Source of the DNA: Takakia lepidozioides
Taxonomy: Eukaryota > Plantae > Bryophyta
Direction: 5' to 3'
DNA length: 64,000 nt
Assembly: GCA_030704615.1 (NCBI GenBank)
Contig: JAKLZA010000009.1
Location: 74,638-138,637 of the forward strand
The notes under the pieces were generated by a model. That model saw nothing but the letters and a program-made list of their open reading frames with translations. It ran no database searches and was not told where the DNA came from. The position numbers and the translations under genes are program-made. Below are positions 26,616 through 40,399 of this stretch, one piece after another; position 1 is the stretch's first letter; each line of letters opens with the position of its first letter.

Positions 26616-28424
26616 ATGGCGGAAAACCCGAGCGCTACAGTGTACTGCCCTCCTCACGAGCATAGAGCTTCATTTCCGTGCAGAGGGGACATCTGCCGGG
26701 TGATGGAGAAATATCTGTGCGTTCGATACCACCTGAAACCGGGGTCGGGTTTTTGGAGGAGGAAAGGAAGGACTCTAACGGCCTTGTTGTCGAGAGTATT
26801 GTTGTGCTCCACGATGATTTCGGCGATGGCAGGGAATGACGAGTTCCACCATCGGACAGCGTCATATACAGGGCTGTTAGGGACTTCATTTGCCCGCCAA
26901 ATGCACCTTCTATCCTGGCGCCTTCCACGAAACAATCCGCAAATCAGAGAGTGGCTACCTCAAAGAGAGAAGTCCGCAACGAAGTAAATCCAGAGCCGAA
27001 CCCATCCATGAAGACGAGCGAGAACCGGGTTGTTCACAACCTGTCCGACTCAGACGAGGTCATGGAAGTTCCGAGGTCGTCCTGGAGATCAGGCAAGTCC
27101 TTAATGGATGTCAGTGGGAGGAGGGAGTCATATTCCCAGCACGAGCACCGCAGTTCGATCTATTCTTGAAATTCTGCGAGGGCTTCACCTGGAGGGACAC
27201 CGGTCGGAGCTGGCCGGGCTGGACTACAGCAAGTTCGCAATTAAATCGGTTACATGCCTTCCCGCCGACGTCGACGGTAATATCTTCTATGAGTTCCCTC
27301 CTCGGGCGGACTACTCGAGGGCGTCTGGAATATTGACAGATATGGATAGAGAACATGACGGTCATCCTTGGTGCGTTACCAAAACCACCAGCATGAAGAT
27401 GCCGATGGTGTGCGGGTGCGCTACGTTGGTTTGTGCTGGGCGCGTTGCGGTGTTTCTCCCCAACTTGCTTCCACTTTAAATCGAGAGGTCACAGGAATGA
27501 GACCGATTGGACAGGGCACAGCTCATCAACCATTTCGAGCTCAGGAGGAGAAGGTTCGAACTCCACATTTAACATTGCTGGAGTCGGTGTCCCACGTATG
27601 TTCACCGAATGTCCGAAACCACATTGTCTCATGCAAACAGAAAATTGGGCGTGGCTCGGATATGCACCCATTCTGGAGGTGAAGCGACGATGTGGATATG
27701 ACTACATTCATGGAAGTAGGTTTCCAGGACAAGGGACTGAGGACAGAGGCAGATCGTTTGTTTCGTATTCAAAAATGTCCACGTGTGGAGTACCTGGCAG
27801 CGGCGTCGAACTGGTCGACAGGATGACAGTGGGAACTTGTCAAACAGTGCGGTCATGTTCGACCATATCAAGCGAATTACAAATCACCAGTGGGTGACAA
27901 TGGGTGCACATGTCTACGACACCCACTGCAGGATGCTAATGACAATTGCTATTTGTGAGATGATGAAGGAGAGGACACACATCGGAGATGCTTCTTTTGG
28001 CAGGAATAAACGAACAGATGGCCAAGGCGGGATTGCCCCCTCCCAATTCCGTCATGGTTTCATGGCGGATAACGACACAAGAAATTGGGCTGCCATCGAA
28101 GGGTGTATGGGCCAAGACCCCAATGTTCCCATGGAAGGCAAGGAGAGATCTTGTGGGTTCCATTTCTGCACAGAGCCTTTCGCAGTACACAACCAGGCTC
28201 GATGGCACCAGATTTCAGAGAGGAGCACCGTTCCATGTGCCTTGCCGTGGAAGCGCGCTCCCACCTTGGATGATGCAGAGGACAACCAAAACACAGTTTG
28301 CATGCATACGGGCTTGGTGGACATCGTCACGTGCTGTAGGAAATCAGACGAAGGAGCAATGGTCAGTTGGCCTAGCATGGTGGCATTATCGTTCCTCCAG
28401 TTCGGCGACTATATTGGGAGGTGA
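26616..28424 (+). pseudogene. MULE transposase exon 1 of copy B (many indels, internal deletion of about 330 bp near 27575)
   Basis: MAENPSATVY... matches the copy C start. Indel density rises toward the gap. Confidence 0.8.
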
Positions 28425-28500
28425 GTTGCACGAATTTGAGTCCGTTGAATATTATTCTTGCGCCTATTTGTAACTTGCTTTAACCTGAACATGTGCATGT

Positions 28501-29000
28501 NNNNNNNNNNNNNNNNNNNNNNNNNNNNNNNNNNNNNNNNNNNNNNNNNNNNNNNNNNNNNNNNNNNNNNNNNNNNNNNNNNNNNNNNNNNNNNNNNNNN
28601 NNNNNNNNNNNNNNNNNNNNNNNNNNNNNNNNNNNNNNNNNNNNNNNNNNNNNNNNNNNNNNNNNNNNNNNNNNNNNNNNNNNNNNNNNNNNNNNNNNNN
28701 NNNNNNNNNNNNNNNNNNNNNNNNNNNNNNNNNNNNNNNNNNNNNNNNNNNNNNNNNNNNNNNNNNNNNNNNNNNNNNNNNNNNNNNNNNNNNNNNNNNN
28801 NNNNNNNNNNNNNNNNNNNNNNNNNNNNNNNNNNNNNNNNNNNNNNNNNNNNNNNNNNNNNNNNNNNNNNNNNNNNNNNNNNNNNNNNNNNNNNNNNNNN
28901 NNNNNNNNNNNNNNNNNNNNNNNNNNNNNNNNNNNNNNNNNNNNNNNNNNNNNNNNNNNNNNNNNNNNNNNNNNNNNNNNNNNNNNNNNNNNNNNNNNNN
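28501..29000. other. Assembly gap (500 N)
   Basis: Run of N. Confidence 1.
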
Positions 29001-29689
29001 CATCTGCTTAAATCCCCCCCTCCAAACTGTTCATGTTCTCCTGTCTGGTGCAGGAGCAACTTACCACGCATGCAAGGCAGGCGGAAGAAGCCTTTTTGGC
29101 ATGGAGGGTGATTCTGACCTCTACAACACCGTGCTCCTCCCCCTTTTGTCTGGCTCCACTTCCGGCACACAGACTGATCGGATTCAAATTCGAAATGATG
29201 ACGATCCCGAAGATAAGCAGGTCGACAACGACTTTTCATGTGAGTAAGTGCTAAACCCTCTTTGGGAGTCATACTCAATTTCTCGATAACATCAAAGTTA
29301 CAGTAATAACTTTTTCAGGCTGTCTTTCAGGAAAGGCAGCGGTGGATCTTCAGGAGATACAGTCATTTCTGGCGAGTCTGTTTTCGACAGCCCCCTTTCC
29401 AATTTTCTGCTCCTTGTTTATGCCGAAGCAATGGCACTTCACGCGGCCGAGTCCCTATCCCCTGACTTTTTAGTGGCCAGCCGTAGGTGTATCCAGCGTG
29501 GATCCAGTGTTCTAAAATACTTAGACTTAGATGCAGAGGAAGAGGGGATACATTGTACTGACTCTGAGTCAGACTGAACTGTATTCTTTTAATATTCATT
29601 TTCATATTGAATCCCCTTCCTCCACCGTAGTTGTTCCTTTAGAACAAATAATAATCACAGAATCAACTTTCGTTTAAATTGCTATATGT

Positions 29690-30060
29690 ATGAATCCATC
29701 TCACAAACCTTCCTGACTCTTCTCATATCCATTGTGCATTCATCTACACTGTATTCATGCGTGCTCCATTCATGAAAGCTTCCTTTGTACAACATCCATT
29801 GTACATTCATCCTCTGTACTCTTTAATCCACCCCACAAACCTTCCACACTCATTTCATATACTTTGTGCATTCGTCAAAAGATTTGGTCATGCATCTTCC
29901 TGTCATGAATTTTTGTCATTGCTCAACATCCATTATACATTCATCCATTTTACTCTTATCCATCGGTCATTCATCCATCTACATACATTTTTCACATTCA
30001 TCCATTTGTTTATCATCCAACTGTACATTCATCCATCCTTTATTCAATGTCTTTTATTAT
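29690..30060 (+). repeat. Low-complexity CATT/TCATCC-rich sequence
   Basis: Repeated cattcatcc-like words. Confidence 0.5.
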
Positions 30061-30246
30061 GTCGTCCAGCTTGTTTCCGCGGTAAAGGGTGCCAATCCGC
30101 GGGAATACACTCCACTTCTTTCTGGGCGCGTGGTGACTCGGCCTTCACGTGTGATGATGTGGACTGAGCCCCGTGACGTGGCATTTGCGCAAGGTGACGT
30201 GGCGTGAGCGCAGTTGCGCTCACGCGCTCACGTGACCAGGCTCACG

Positions 30247-31665
30247 CCGAGGCATCCCTGGAATTGCGGAACACCTGCCTCGAAACGACGGCTTTGTGCG
30301 AGCAATTCTCCACTGTGACGCAGATACAGTCGTCTCCACAATGGCTTGGCCATACTGCATAACAGGGGGCGGAATTTGGGGCAAGCGAGCGGTGGGAATT
30401 TCTCGCACGGAATCCCCGCTTGAAGGCGATGGCGATCTGGAATTTCTTGGGCTTCCACTGCTGGAAGACACATTGTGCGGCAACATGACGGGCCCTCGAG
30501 GTGCTGTCCGAATGTTCCTGTCGGATCTCCAGGAATCCTCTTCGCACCCGGGTTCCTCTTCAATCCTCCGCCTCACAGGGCGAGTACGGACGTCCCCCTC
30601 TAGGTGCTCACCTCTGCGGTGCAGAGGCGTCCCTTTGATCTTCTCTCGCAATGCTGTCGCCCATTTCAGTGGATTCTTCGACCTCGAAGCTGTTTGCACC
30701 AACAATTCCTCCCTGTCCGGCCCAAAGCCCCATTGTTTCCCGCTCAGGAACTTGTAGTACGTGGCTTGCTGCATGATTGCTCTGTCGATGTCCTCCGTTG
30801 TGGCCGTCACTACGTCCACCAGATGTGCGGCAGAAGACGCTCGCCAGGAGGAGTGCACTGATTCTGCCATATTCGTGTTCGGCATGTCCGTGTCGGAATC
30901 CAAGCACCGCTCCTACAAGGACACAGACAATGGTGAGGAACCAATGGAAAGGTCCGTAATAGAAAGACAATTGCACGAAAATGACAGCATCATACCTCCC
31001 GCATGTACTGTCGGAACTGTCGATACTCGAAATGCCACCACCCCAACCAGCTGTGCCAGGCTCCCAGATTGGTTGTCTCCACTGCACCTAACGTGTTCCA
31101 CCAAGCCTCAATGATAGCAAACTTAACCTCCACGTCATCAAATGTGGGTGCATCCTTCTACGCCGTACAAAGGACACGGTGTTCAGCCTGGAATGAGCTA
31201 GCAACAAATTTGGTAGTGTAGTGGGATAGACTCTACATCCAATGGAATCCACATGATCTCTCTTTCCCCTCCATTGGCACATTGGGGTCCTCACCGTACA
31301 CACGTCGCACCGCTGCCCAGTTGGCCTGAGCGTTGTCTGCCATGAAATCCCTGAAATTGGGCTCTGGCAATCCCGCCCTTGCCATCTGCTCGTTTATGCC
31401 CTCCCACAGATGCATCTCCGACTGTGTGTCGTCCCCTTTCATCTTGCAGATTGCAATCGTCATGAGCCTCTTGGAGTGATAGTCATAAACATGCGCACCC
31501 ATAGTCACCCACTGATGGTTTGTAATTCGCTTGATGTGATCAAACATCACCCAAGCATTCGACAGGTTTCGAGTTGTCATGCGAGTGACCAAAATGACTC
31601 CACTCCCAGGCCCACACGTCGACATTTTAAAAATGTAACAACGATCGGATTCACCTGCTACCTTG
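30247..31665 (-). pseudogene. Diverged MULE transposase fragments (30247-30905 and 31233-31665) separated by unrelated sequence
   Basis: DSDTDMPNTNMAESVHSSW and WVMFDHIKRI...FMADNAQANW...RSCGFHW are homologous to copy C. Confidence 0.85.
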
Positions 31666-31672
31666 GATGTAG

Positions 31673-32365
31673 TGTAGTGTGAAAAGAAGGGGCGTGAATC
31701 CCCTTCTGGGTGATTCTAATCTGTACTCCTCCTCAGTTGAAGGCAAAGCAAAAGGAAGGAACGTTCTAGTGATCCAACCATCTTCACATGGCTGTGGATT
31801 TCCCTTAGTTCGTTCGTGATCAGAGTTCATGCAATCCTCATCCACGCCGCAGCGGAAGAGAAGACATGGATGGGGAGTTTTGAATTGTTCTTGGTCTTGG
31901 TTCTATTTTTATACAACATCCTTGCCCTATGATCACAGCACCAACAGTGCTGCCATGATCTTTCTGTGATGCAACCAGCCCTATGACAGCGCTGAACACG
32001 ACCCTTAATGTGAAGCTCCCTTGAGCAGTGACACGTCGGAAGCCCCCTTTTGTAATGGTGACACAGATTTAGAGGGAGGCAGCTCAGATCTGCCATGAAC
32101 TGCAGGGCCACTGGTCTCTTTCAGGGTTCATGTTTTCTTCATCTTATTTCCCCAAATTGGCCATCCCCCATCAACCCCTTTTACTGAGCAGCTCTCTCCC
32201 TTCCCAAATCCTTTTCTCTCTCTCTCTAATCTTGGTCTACAGGTTCCTCACTTCTTCAACAGCAGCATATCTACCATGCAATGCAATGCACAACTCAGCC
32301 AGGCATCCAGTGCACCCAGCCTTGAAATCATCCTCGGTCACACAAGGCATAACCATCCCATTCAT

Positions 32366-32418
<53 letters not shown>

Positions 32419-33941
32419 CAATGACCAGCCCTTCACACTACCTTTTTCCAAAAGAAGCCATTGCCCAAACAGCTCTCAGCCTTTCTATAGGTTTCAACCA
32501 AATACCCCAACAGCCCTCTTTTCCCTTCAACTATGAACCTCAGTTGTTCATACCCTGAGACCATGCTGGAAACTAGTTCCAAAAGAAAAACAATCAGTGC
32601 CGGTGTTGCCTCCCCTTCCACATTATCCTTTCTCTGTTTTCAACAGTTCTAACTAACCCTCACTGGTGTTTTCAATCAGCCAAGCTAGGCCTACATTGGT
32701 TCCAGTGTATCAATACCCAGGGCAGCATTGTGTGCAGGTTCATAACACTGAAACAAAGAACAAGAATGAAGATAAACAGTGACCATTCTGATTCAGTGAC
32801 AAGCAGTCTCTCCACCACTCATTTCTCCTACTGACACTATAACATCAGGTGCATCCATCCTTTCCCTATCCTGGTTTGAAGTTTCAGAGTCTCCATTCCA
32901 TTTCCAAAACCTTTTCCTCCATCACATATCTCTACCTCCTTCTCCTCTACATAGAGCCAGTCCTAAATCCACACCAAAACGATTTCTAAGTCACCACTCC
33001 CCAAAAACCGAAGCCCACAGTCTACGAACTTATCTGTTTTATCCTCCAGCGAAGCGGTGGATCTGCCTGCCAAGATGGCACCTCACCATCGCCTGTCAGC
33101 AGCCACTTCAACCTATTCTCCTTGTCTTGATTCCAGTATTTATCATGCCATGATGGCTCCTCTTCATCCTATGGAACATCCTGTGGCTTGCCAACTAAAT
33201 ACTCTATCCTTCTATGCGTGCAATTCTTCCCTAAGAATTGATATGGTCCTATAGTAAGATGACACAAAAGCAGCTATAAGCTTTGATTACAGATAACCTG
33301 AGTTGCCATCCAGCCAGCACTTCACATGCCTCATCCCCTCCATTGATTGTGCCCACAACTCACTTCCTTGTGCTTCCGGCAGCTGGCCGTTTTCCTTGCT
33401 TGCTCATCTGCCCATAACTGTTTTCTTCAAGGCAATGGCGACAGCGGTGGTGCGCCGCTCTTCTTACATGCTCCTACTCCAGGAATTGATCATCACTACG
33501 AGAGAAGCGGCACCGCTTTCCCTTACACAGAATACCAAGCAGAAGCACTTAATGCCGCTCTCAAAACCAAGCAGAGTCCCATAGCGTAGGTACAACCTCC
33601 CACAAACAGACGGCCCTGACAACCCCACTGCTCGCAGCAGCTGCTAAGAGTTGCCCGTCATCTTCCTCTTCGTTTTCCTCAACCCGCGTTTCTAGGTTAA
33701 ACACCTGGGATGAAAACGTGCATCCTACGGATGAAAATGTTCATCCTACGGATGAAAATACGCATGGTCATGACTTAGCCATTTTTATCCTGGCAAAGCA
33801 TAAGCACAGTATGCCCATGAAATCACCTGTATGCAGGGATATATCCCTCCTGCAGTTGTACAACGGGCACTCCCGTTGTAGTGATGCAGGGTCTTAACGG
33901 TAAGACAAAATGTAATGTCACTCCCCTGCATTCACACTACA
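31673..33941 (-). repeat. Probable 3' LTR (about 2.27 kb) of gypsy element 1
   Basis: Terminal inverted repeats TGTAGTGTGAA...TTCACACTACA. A purine tract (AAAAAGGGAGA on the minus strand, 33953-33963) lies between the integrase end and the LTR. Confidence 0.6.
32368..32415 (+). repeat. (CT)n microsatellite
   Basis: Direct reading. Confidence 0.95.
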
Positions 33942-36900
33942 TATGTAGTGTGTCTCCCTTTTTAAGTGTCAGGGTCCTCACTAACCACCTCACTGGCTGA
34001 CCTCCCACTGGTGGTATGAATGGTTTCAAATCCCGCCTACTTCTTACCCATTCCTTGTTTGCCCCATCTCTTAGCCTGCATCTGCGTGCAGCTTCCCCTG
34101 TCCTTGTGGTGTTTCCCGCATCTTTGTACCCCAAAAAGTCTTAGGGTCCCTCCCATGGAGATGTCATGGAAGACCTCTTTCCAGGCCTCAACATCATCAC
34201 CTTGCTGTTCTCTATGAACTTGCAGTAGTTGCGCCCTGCTTGATGTCTCCTTTCATAATCCCTTGCCTGCTGACGCTGCCCTTTCTTCACATTTTTCCGC
34301 AGCTTAGCCTTTATCTCTGATAGGAGCTGGATTTTCTGCTGCATCATCAGTGTGACCTCTGCAACAGATCCCTCAAAATTTACTGCTGCTGTAAGAAAGT
34401 GCAACCTGTTATCGATCCCAAGTCTTGGAATCCTACCAGTCAGCACTTGAAAAGGTGAGAATCCTGTTGAAGCATGAACACCCATTCTGTAACCAAACAA
34501 GCTTTGTATAGGTTCTGATCCCACTCAGTGTCGTTTCCAACTCCCAAGGTGGTGATGCTCTGCTTGAGGGACTTAATCACCTTTTCCACCATTCCGTTAC
34601 ACTGAGGCCAGTAGGGAGCGCTATGCTCTCTTTTTATACCATATTCGCGGCATGCATCTTCAAACTCACCTCCCCACTCCGTGCCATTGTCAGTGAGCAA
34701 TGTGTGGGGGCAGCTATACCTGTTAATGACTTCTTCCACTAGAAAGCGGGCAGTAAGTGCTGTTGTATGATCTGCCACTGGTGCAGCCTCTATCCATTTT
34801 GAGAAGTGATCTATTGCTACCAGAAAGTACTGATTGCCCCTGCTGGTTATGGGTAATGGCCCTGCTGTGTCAATTGCAACTCTGAAAAACAGATCCACAA
34901 CTGGAATGTTGTGAAGTTTTGAGCTACCTGAGCGTAACACTCCGTTCTGTTTGGTCATCTGACATTCTCCACAGCCCTTGAGTACTTGCCTGATGAGTTT
35001 CGTTCTGTCATGCCAGAAATACCGTCGACATATCTCTTCTTGTGTTCTCCGGATTCCAAAATGGCCAGTGGCCTTATGCACTTCATTGATTATTGCCTCT
35101 CTGTCCGTTCTTGGTGGAACTACCCTTCCCTCAAAGTAGACTTCCCCTTTGAGATAGGAGTACTGCCTTGCCCGCCTGCTGGCTCTCTTGCTTTCTTCCT
35201 TTGTCAAATAGTCATTGACTTCTCCAAAACACAAGAGATGCATAACTTCCACATCATCAAGTACATCAGGTTGCCTTTCCTCCTTAACAGCTGCTGTATG
35301 ATTGTCAGAGCTGATGAGAGAGTCTTCCCCTCATCTTTCAGCTGCACGTAATAGTGACATCTGAGTAGCTTTGGTGGGTGTGCTCCATGGCACCCAGTCC
35401 CCTTTAACATCCTTGTGAACAACGTGATCCATTACTGTCTGAAGAATAAAATGTCTTGGTGGAACACTCACCCCCCATGTGTCCTTCAGCTGGGCATTCT
35501 GATGAGGAGGTCACCCGAATTCTTCCTGTTGTCTCTGTGTATATAGAGTGTTGAAGGAATGGTGTTTCTAGTGAGCTTCCCTTTTCATTGTTTGATCGTT
35601 CTTCCACAAGTTCACAGGCTGGCTGTACCTTGCTTAGCTCCTGATCACGAGCATGAGATCCTCGGGTAATCACATGGATGGTGGGACAAGAGATCTGCCC
35701 CTTCTTTGTTGCTGATTGCAGGAACCTCCTTCCTTCCTGCACCCACATCTTTCCAAATACCTTCCCTTACCAGATTGACAGGGGTTGATTGATCAATGCC
35801 CTCTCCTTGGGTCTTGGTGGCAAAAGTCCGTGCAACAAAAGTCACCTTCTTTCCTTCCCTATCTGGCATTACGCCTGGTTTTAGTTCTCCTTTCAATATA
35901 CCATGAGCCTTGGTCAACATCCCACCTGTGGAAGATCTATCTATTCCAGGAACGAACTCAAATGAAAAGTCACCAAGCAAGTCTATGCCTATGTGGTGTT
36001 CTGAGTATAGCCACCAATATGGATCCAGATCTGTTTCTAAAGAAAAATGACATCCCAACAGTGTCTTCTTGAAATACCAAAGACCCCATACACATGCATA
36101 GTACTCCTCTCTCTTGCAAATCATCTCCCCCTTTTCACTGCTATACCCTACTTGCCTATGAGCTTCTTCTCTCAACTCCTTCTTACCCTCTTTAAATTGA
36201 AATAGAGAAGCATTGATGGCACCCCTATCCCACTCTAGTCTAAGAAGATAGGCTCCATCCCTCTTTCTCCCTTCCCTTTTCTGACTGTATAGAGAAGTAG
36301 AGTATACCTCGATTTCCTCGGTTTCCTCAGCTGGTCCCACTAGATACCTGCTTAGCGCATCTACGTTAGCATGCCTAGCACCCGCCCTATGAACAATTTT
36401 AAACTCAAAATCTTGTAACATCATGATCCATCTACCCCTGCGTCCATATGCGTCACTTACCGTTGCCAACCACTCCAGTGGTTTGTGATCAGTCCTGATT
36501 ACAAAAGGGGTTCCATACAGGTACTGCCTAAAGTGTAATACTCCCCACACCAAGGCATAGCATTCACCTTCCATAGGGTGATATTTTCGCTGAGCATCAG
36601 ATAGTACCTTACTAGCGTATGCAATGACCCTCTCCTTTTTATACTCCTTTTGTGACAAGACTGCCCCCACTCCTTTGATGGACCAGTCAACATCCAGGAC
36701 GAAAGGCCTTGAAAAATCTGGCCTGGCCAGAATGGGAGCAGTCACCAGCTTCACTTGTAGGGCAGAAAAGGCGTTTTGTGCCTTTGCACTCCAGATAAAC
36801 TTCACATCCTTCTTAGTTAGAGTGAACAAAGGTACTGCCACTCCAGCATACCCCTTGACATAGGGCCTATAATACCCTGTCATCCCCAAATAACTTTTGA

Positions 36901-39282
36901 GAGCAGTGTGGTTTTTGGGCAAGGGAAACCTTTCAATTGCAGCTATCTTATCTGGATCAGGCCAGGTTCCTTCTTCAGAGATCACATGCCCAAGGAATAC
37001 CAACTGCAAATTGGCAAAATAACACTTGTCCGGATTGAGCCTAAGATTGGCCCTTCTAACCTTCATCAGTACTCTCTTTATGTGCCCCACGTGATCTGCC
37101 CAGTCCTTGCTATGGATATTGACGTCATCTACAAAGACCTTGGCGCAATCTTTAATTTCTTCCTTAAGCACCCTATTCATTGTTCTTTGGAAGTAGCAGT
37201 GGCATTTTTTAGCCCAAATGGCATGACCAGCCATTCATACAATCCCTTCTTGGTGATTACTGCTGTTTTGCTTATATCTCGGTCGTCCATCTTAATCTGC
37301 CAAAAACCAGATTGTAAATCCAGAGCAGAGAACCACTTGGCTTTCCCCAACTGATTCAAAACATCCTGAATTAATGGCATAGGGTAAGAGTCCCTCCTAG
37401 TCAAGCGGTTCACCGGCCTGAAATCACCACAAAAACGCTTGGATCCATCCTTTTTTGGTGGAAGGGTGACTGGACATGACCATTCTGAACTACTTTCCTG
37501 CATCTTACCTTGTGAGATCAAAGTCTCAATCTGTCTTTGTACCTCGTTTTCCTCCCACTCTGATAGGCGGCTGGGATGACTTCTGCAAGGGGGAAAACCT
37601 TGTGTATCAATTGTATGTTCCACCTCACTGCAATAACCCAAGTCAGCTTTGCTAAGAGCAAAACATTCCTGATTTTCTCTCAGCTCTTGCTCCAGTTTTA
37701 TCCTATGTTCTGGGGCTAGCTCTGGATTGATGTGAAGTCTGGATTTCAGACTTCTCCAACGACTCTCCATTTCTTCTTCATGGCTGGGTTCCCAACTCTT
37801 TCCCTCCACCTGGTGTACAGAGTTAGCTACCCTCTGCCTTTCTTCTGAGTCACAACCTGATTCCAATCATGGAAATCATCCTCTATTTCCACGTTGTTGT
37901 TCCCTAGTTCACCATTCCAAGCTTTCTGGTAAGCTTCCTGTATGATAGAGGCAGCCATGCTATGATGGGTCTCTTCCTGAAGGAGTTCAGACATCCCTTG
38001 GTCTTCGAACAAATCCTCCCCTAGGTTGACATTATCTATTATCTCCTCTACATTCTTCAGGGCTCTATCTACCTTTTCGTTCTCCTCATATCCTCCCATC
38101 TCCTCATCTTTATCAGATTCAGAGCTGTCAGAGTTTGGAGATCCTTCCTCCGTGTCCACAAACTCTTCCTCGGGCTTTCTTTCTTCTTCCCACAAACCTA
38201 GGTACTGTTCATCTGATGTCAGGGTCAAGACATTTCCTGCTGACGTAGTGCTTGCATACCTTACTCTGCCCTCATCCCCTCTGTGGTAGGCTGTTCTGGT
38301 GACTGCAGGCTCATTATAATTTATAGTGTGCAAAGGGAAGTGAGCAAAATCCTTTCCTGGCCCATAGCGTACACAAATCGTTTCAGCTTCGGTGTCAACT
38401 ACCGCGCCAAACTTTTTGAGAAAGTCCAAGCCCAAAAGCATGTGATACGTATCCGTGTTTACCACCATAAAGGACAAGCGATTGGTCAGCTCTCCTACTT
38501 TGACCTTGATGTCCTCAAGTCTGCCCATTGCAGTCTCAAGAGCACCTGAGGCTACTCTGTAATTTACATCCTTATCAGTAACAACAGATCCCATCAGACC
38601 AAGATCCCTGACTGTACTTGCGGATATCACAGAAAGCATGGCACCGGTGTCAATTTGGCCTAATACTTGGTAATCTCCCATTGTAATCATTACATGAAGC
38701 GCTTTAACCTTACCAGTATAAGCATACGAGATTGTGGGCTCAGCGTGTGCTGAGTACAAAGGCCTTGGAACATCCCTCACAATTTCTACACTGTGAGTTG
38801 TCTCCTTTTGTTGTACCATTGCCCTTTCCACCACTTTGACCAGCCCCTTTAATTTGTCTAACTCTCCGGGCACAGTCATGATTAGGTCCATGGGAGACAA
38901 GGATATTCTCCCCTTGTAGAAGTGGTTCAGGATTCTGGATTTAGTACCTCCTTCTATGGCAGCTTTGAAATTGTTCTTTGGGTAGATCTCACTCTTGGTC
39001 TTGCTTGGCTGTTCACTGCTCTCACCATTCCTCTCTGGTGACTCTGTAGGTTCAACAGTAGGACTCTGGACAGGGATACGCGTCCTTGGAAGTCTGACTT
39101 CATTGATACTATTTTGTGACATCAGATCTGTCATTTCTGCGAGTACATCATCCTCATCATCATAGAACACATCTACAAAGTTAGTTCCAGGAGTTCCTAT
39201 CATAGTCTGGTCAAGTTTTCTACTGCACTCACTCTCTGTATGCCCTAGTACCTTGCAAAAGTTGCATCTCACACCACACATT
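33940..39282 (-). pseudogene. Ty3/gypsy element 1 gag-pol (zinc knuckle, PR, RT, RNase H, IN), frameshifted; gag continues at 51054-51119
   Basis: CNFCKVLGHTESEC; IDTGA (protease); LDLQSGFWQI, MPFGL, FVDD (RT); DWS...TDHKPL (RNase H); H-H-C-C, IDTAGP, TDNG, NGMVE (integrase); WEGP. Confidence 0.9.
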
Positions 39283-40277
39283 TGTTAGAGGACTGTATGG
39301 GACTTAGACACTTATACGGGATCTATAGGATACCCTTAATTTTTGCACAGACTGAGACCAACAGGAGCCTTAGGGGTGACAGCAGCGCACTGTAGAGGGG
39401 GGTTACACAGTCCATCACAGTCGTCACAGCCGACATAACCACACAGCCAGTCACAGCCGACACAGCCAGACACAGTTAGCACAGCTCGTCACAACCCGAC
39501 ACAGCCATCACAGCCAACACAGCCCGTCACAGCCGACACAGCCACACAGCCAAACACAGTCGCACAGCCAGTCACAGCCCGTCTAAGTTTCACACAGCCA
39601 GTCACAGCTTGATACAGCTGTCACGACCAGATGGAACGGAGAGCAGGACAGGGAGTGACTGTGGGGAACAACACCTGCAAATGGAACATGTTAGTTCACG
39701 GACGACGGTTAGTGAGGGAAACGGTTAGAGCCACGGGTAGGAAGATAAAGGGAGAAGCAAGGATTGAGAAGGGGACAGATATATATTCTTGGAAGCACTT
39801 CAGGGGGGAGGACTTCTTGGTGATGCAGGAGAGGGGATCGGACGGAGAGTAAAGATGGAGACCACGGAGAAGGAGGAAAGATGATTAGTAGATGCTTGTT
39901 ATATGCAAAGCTGTAGTGATATTGTAGAGCAGATTAGAGACACAATGGCTTCGGCCTGATACCTGATAAATCATAATCTGATACTTATACGATACAATCA
40001 CACTGTGTAGAGAGATCTGAGTGAAGCTGTGGAATGAATGGATGAGTTGATGGAATCCGATAGATTGATGAAGCAAACTGATACTTAATTAGTAATGGTA
40101 AGGTAGCTAACATGAATGCGGAAAGGGAAACAAATAGGAAACACCCCCATGATACACTAGCTGTAGGTCATGACTGATTGTTTTGCGCGGGCTGAGTACT
40201 TAGAGATTTCCAACTCTTCTATCTTGGAGTTTCCGCCTCGGATAGCGAAGGGATGGGTGAGTAAAAGCCGCGCGACA
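39283..40277 (+). repeat. 5' LTR of gypsy 2 (contains CACAGC tandem repeats at about 39415-39625)
   Basis: Direct repeat of 50033-51048. Confidence 0.95.
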
Positions 40278-40279
40278 TT

Positions 40280-40297
40280 TGGCGACCATACTGGGGA
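40280..40297 (+). promoter_or_regulatory. Primer-binding site TGGCGACCATACTGGGGA (resembles tRNA-Arg-type PBS)
   Basis: Starts with TGG 2 nt after the LTR end. Confidence 0.7.
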
Positions 40298-40399
40298 ACT
40301 GAGTCAAGAACAACCAGATGTGACAGGCATCTGGTGGGATCATGGTGGTTGGACCATTAAAGAATTTGAAGTGAATCAAATTCCCTGTGGAGCAAAGGA

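Larger units (their letters stand above)
23213..28500 (+). mobile_element. MULE copy B: internally deleted derivative lacking the cargo gene; TIR, palindrome arrays, transposase running into the gap
   Basis: TIR GGGGGCTGCTATTTCATGAGC. About 25400-28500 is a close reverse-complement copy of about 53330-56560. Confidence 0.75.

Noticed and set aside
26616-28500. Rapid biological decay of the copy B transposase
   Set aside because: Indels cluster toward the contig end, so low-coverage consensus error is more likely.
28409-29278. ORFs spanning the N run
   Set aside because: Assembly-gap artefacts.
31668-31680. CACTA ends at GTAGTG motifs (also about 31214 and 33935-33950)
   Set aside because: There are no CACTA-type subterminal repeats. 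The 31673 and 33941 sites are better explained as LTR terminal inverted repeats.
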